A stretch of 49,302 nucleotides of DNA, taken from positions 1 through 49,302 of the forward strand of contig JAGWDQ010000081.1 of the NCBI GenBank assembly GCA_018260615.1. The letters are read 5' to 3'. Made by a program: the position numbers and the translations under genes. Below, piece by piece: positions 46,688 to 49,302 of this stretch (positions are counted from its first letter, which is position 1; the number at the start of each line of letters is the position of its first letter). This stretch comes from Candidatus Altarchaeum sp. GTDB taxonomy: Archaea; Altiarchaeota; Altiarchaeia; Altiarchaeales; Altiarchaeaceae. The notes beneath the pieces were generated by a model. It saw only the letters and a list, made by a program, of their open reading frames with translations. It ran no database searches and was not told where the DNA came from.

Positions 46688-47188
46688 ATGGATGATTTTA
46701 ATATCTGGGGAACACCGAGCAAAAAGAAAAAACAAGATAATATTTTCGGCGGCTATCTTGATTTAGGTTTAGGTCCAAAAAGAGGAAGAACTAAAAATCC
46801 TATAGATATAGGAATTGGTTTTGGTTCAGCAAAAGAAAAACCAGAATATGAAAGAGTTCCTGTAACCGCTGAACAGAAGAAAGCTGTATTATTCAGACAA
46901 AAAGATAAATGTGCATGGCCAAATTGTAGAGTCCATTTTCATAGAGACGGCGTTCCACCACATTTTGATCATATAAAGAGAGTTGATAAAGGTGGAATAA
47001 GTTCTATTAGTAATATTCAAGCATTGTGTCCAAACCACCATCAATTAAAAACCCATAAAGAAAATTTGAAAGAAGTTGAAAAAACAAGAAAGAAAGCAAA
47101 GAAAAAAGATAATGGTGGTTTGTTTGGTGGTGGAACACTTTTTGGACCGCCGCCGAAACGTTCTAAAAATAATTCATTTGGTTTATAA
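46688..47188 (+). CDS. HNH endonuclease with Gly/Phe-rich flanks
   Basis: CAWPNC...FDHIKRVDKGG....NIQALCPNHHQLKT. Confidence 0.88.
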   Translation: MDDFNIWGTPSKKKKQDNIFGGYLDLGLGPKRGRTKNPIDIGIGFGSAKEKPEYERVPVTAEQKKAVLFRQKDKCAWPNCRVHFHRDGVPPHFDHIKRVDKGGISSISNIQALCPNHHQLKTHKENLKEVEKTRKKAKKKDNGGLFGGGTLFGPPPKRSKNNSFGL

Positions 47189-47261
47189 TAAAGCCCACTC
47201 ACCCATGACTTCTTCGTCGCTTCGCTCCTTGACCACATTGCATTCTCACTTCGTTCGGGGC

Positions 47262-47347
47262 GTTGAACAGGCTTTTACGGTTCGGTTCTTGCAGAACCTC
47301 ACCCAAATTTCCCTTCGAGAAACTTCGTAAAATGCCATACGTTAGGC
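47262..47347 (+). repeat. attC-like site 3
   Basis: GTTGAAC-ag-gcttttacg ... cgtaaaatgc-catac-GTTAGGC; canonical GTTRRRY end; one unpaired base in the stem. Confidence 0.55.
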
Positions 47348-47477
47348 GACATATTTTCAAGTCTCTTTTTGAAATAAGGAACGAGTGAAAAATTTTTCAA
47401 ATTTAAATGAGGTGAAATAAGGAGTTTTCTACACTCTGCTACGAAAGCGATTTATTTATAAAAACATTTCAAATAGC

Positions 47478-49302
47478 ATGAATAAGATGAGAACTACTAA
47501 ACAAGTGATAAAGGATATAAAAGAACTGATAAATACAAAAGGCTATATTTATGCTCTTTGTATGATTCTTTTTGAGGACTTTCATATTATTCCTGAAAAG
47601 ATACAGGAGATGGACCATAGATCACGTTTGAGTACAAAAGAAGCCTCTTTATTACTTGGTTTTCTTGTACAAAACAAAATTGATTTTTCTACACCAGATA
47701 CACCACAAGATTTGATTAAACTAAAACAAAAAACTTATGAATTAATGGACGAACTACACAATTCTTTTATGATCTCATTTTTTGAAAAATTATATGAAAG
47801 CATAAAAAAAGAACATAAAATTGAGGACTATAGAAAAGAGCAAAAAGAGTTTTTTGGTAAAGGTGATATGCTAACAGAACCAATTTTTTACTCTGGGACA
47901 GGTGTATATGATTTTCAATATTTGGATTTTCTAGAAAGAAAATATAAGTATGACAAAAAATGGCTATTCAAAAACAAAGGCTTTGATATCGAAAAATCAA
48001 AAAATATTGTTATTCAAATTAAAAACATTCTTCAAAAAAAATCACAAAAGATTCATTTATGTGGATTGAAAGAAAAAATACCCCAAATGATTGAGGACAT
48101 GAAAAAGAAAAATCCAGATGAAAATTGGAAAAAACATGCAAAAGAAATGATTCCAATGATGGATCTTCATCAATATGTTGAGTTATTTTTTGACACTCAA
48201 ACTGATGAGAAAGCATTAAGTATGGACGAAATTAGAGAAGAGGGCTGGAAATCATTTTACAATGGATTGATTGAATTATTTGTCATTAGAAAATCTGATT
48301 TTAATAGAGATTCTGGTATTGATTCGTTTCTTAAAAACTTCTCTCTTTTCCCTAAAAAAGACATAAATTATCAGTTTCAAAAAATTGGAAATTTTAATTG
48401 GTTTAATGCAAAACCGATTATTCAACTAGATGAAGAAAGATATTTTATCCCTATTAGTTTTTCAGTATTTGAAGCAATTTACGAAAGTCCTTTTTATTGG
48501 ATGTGGATAGAAGATAAATCTTACAGAGATCAACTTGGTGAAAATAGAGGAAAAACAGGAGAAGAAATTTCTTATGAATTTTTATCACAAGTATTCGGCA
48601 AAAGCAGAACCTTTCAGTCTGTAAAGATTACGACAAAAAAAGGAAATAATGATACAGATATTGATATTCTTTGTATCCTTGGTAGTAAGGCATTGTGTGT
48701 TCAAGTGAAATCAAAGAAACTAACTGAACTTTCAAGAACTGGTGACGATGAGCAACTACAAATAGATTTTCAAGGTGCTGTGCAAGATGCTTATAAACAA
48801 GGGCTCATATCTCGTCAAAAAATACTTGATAGAAAGGCGAAATTTTTTGATAAGAGCGGAAACGAAATATACCTTTCCAAAGAAATAGACGAAGTATATA
48901 TTATGGGAATAACAACAGAAAATTATCCATCTCTTACTCATCAATCACATGTAATGCTTGATAAAAAAGATAATGAGCCATTTCCAATATTTTCGACAAT
49001 ATTTGATTTAGAGTTGATGGTACATTATCTAAATGATCCTTATGATTTTTTGTATTACCTTAAACAAAGAACTTCTTTGATGGATTATTTTAAAGCTGAT
49101 GGGGAGATGGTGTTTCTTGGTTATCACCTAGATCAAAAACTTCGGAAAATTCCAAAAAGTGATAGAGTTGCAATTGATACAGATTTTGGACAACTAATTG
49201 ATAGAAATTACTACTCACTAAAAGCAGGACTGGAAGTTTCAGATATGTCTGTGGCGGGCATATTACGGGAAAGTGACAAAATTCACAATCACTTTGCTAC
49301 AA
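47478..49302 (+). CDS. Large NERD/PD-(D/E)xK nuclease-domain protein, runs off the window end (not in ORF track)
   Basis: Frame from ATG 47478 read at its start, near 48660 and at the window end without a stop; motifs EPIFY, YESPFYW, NRGK.GE, TDIDIL...VQVKSKKLT, AVQDAY.Q. Confidence 0.75.
   Translation, partial: MNKMRTTKQVIKDIKELINTKGYIYALCMILFEDFHIIPEKIQEMDHRSRLSTKEASLLLGFLVQNKIDFSTPDTPQDLIKLKQKTYELMDELHNSFMISFFEKLYESIKKEHKIEDYRKEQKEFFGKGDMLTEPIFYSGTGVYDFQYLDFLERKYKYDKKWLFKNKGFDIEKSKNIVIQIKNILQKKSQKIHLCGLKEKIPQMIEDMKKKNPDENWKKHAKEMIPMMDLHQYVELFFDTQTDEKALSMDEIREEGWKSFYNGLIELFVIRKSDFNRDSGIDSFLKNFSLFPKKDINYQFQKIGNFNWFNAKPIIQLDEERYFIPISFSVFEAIYESPFYWMWIEDKSYRDQLGENRGKTGEEISYEFLSQVFGKSRTFQSVKITTKKGNNDTDIDILCILGSKALCVQVKSKKLTELSRTGDDEQLQIDFQGAVQDAYKQGLISRQKILDRKAKFFDKSGNEIYLSKEIDEVYIMGITTENYPSLTHQSHVMLDKKDNEPFPIFSTIFDLELMVHYLNDPYDFLYYLKQRTSLMDYFKADGEMVFLGYHLDQKLRKIPKSDRVAIDTDFGQLIDRNYYSLKAGLEVSDMSVAGILRESDKIHNHFAT

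Noticed and set aside
262-48944. Dozens of 60-155-aa ORFs antisense to or overlapping recognised genes (e.g. 262-549, 5414-5881, 10590-11018, 28483-28935, 42350-42802)
   Set aside because: They lie opposite well-supported CDSs, are F/S/I/L-rich as expected for shadows, and carry no motifs
1-49302. tRNA, rRNA or IS transposase genes
   Set aside because: No cloverleaf/T-loop signature in the intergenic GC patches inspected, no rRNA-length gap, and no DDE/HUH/TnpB motifs recognised; a short RNA could have been missed by eye

Overview
Very AT-rich archaeal DNA. PriL, Rpl44e, Dph6, DUF366, an archaeal thiolase and RtcB occur together with GyrA and a bacterial-type PurH, a mix I infer fits a Ca. 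Altiarchaeum-like lineage (not verified). Housekeeping genes (aspC, larB, priL, thiolase, gyrA, thrC, AMMECR1, rtcB with a 477-aa intein, pyrC, pyrB, a truncated NFACT/Rqc2, purH, dph6, rpl44e, DUF366) alternate with accessory blocks. These include two Type II R-M pairs, an orphan Mrr-like nuclease, twin ATPase_2-type ATPases, and a defence-like island ([PIN]-ABC ATPase-TOPRIM twice, with a PRTase+DprA pair between). There are also two DUF5678-like + retropepsin pairs, two copies of an unknown ~207-aa protein + PIN pair, and a right-end run of single genes separated by attC-like palindromes. A recurring feature is that accessory cassettes are bounded by short duplicated ends of neighbouring genes: dockerin 3' stubs x3, PIN 3' stubs x2, a pyrC 5' stub and a 31-bp thrC-leader repeat. 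Best candidates for something new: the unknown-protein+PIN module, the DUF5678+retropepsin module, the attC-like cassette array, the PIN-ATPase-TOPRIM island with its 36-bp palindromic upstream array, and a PriL with only one cysteine. All family calls come from reading motifs by eye; no database search was run.
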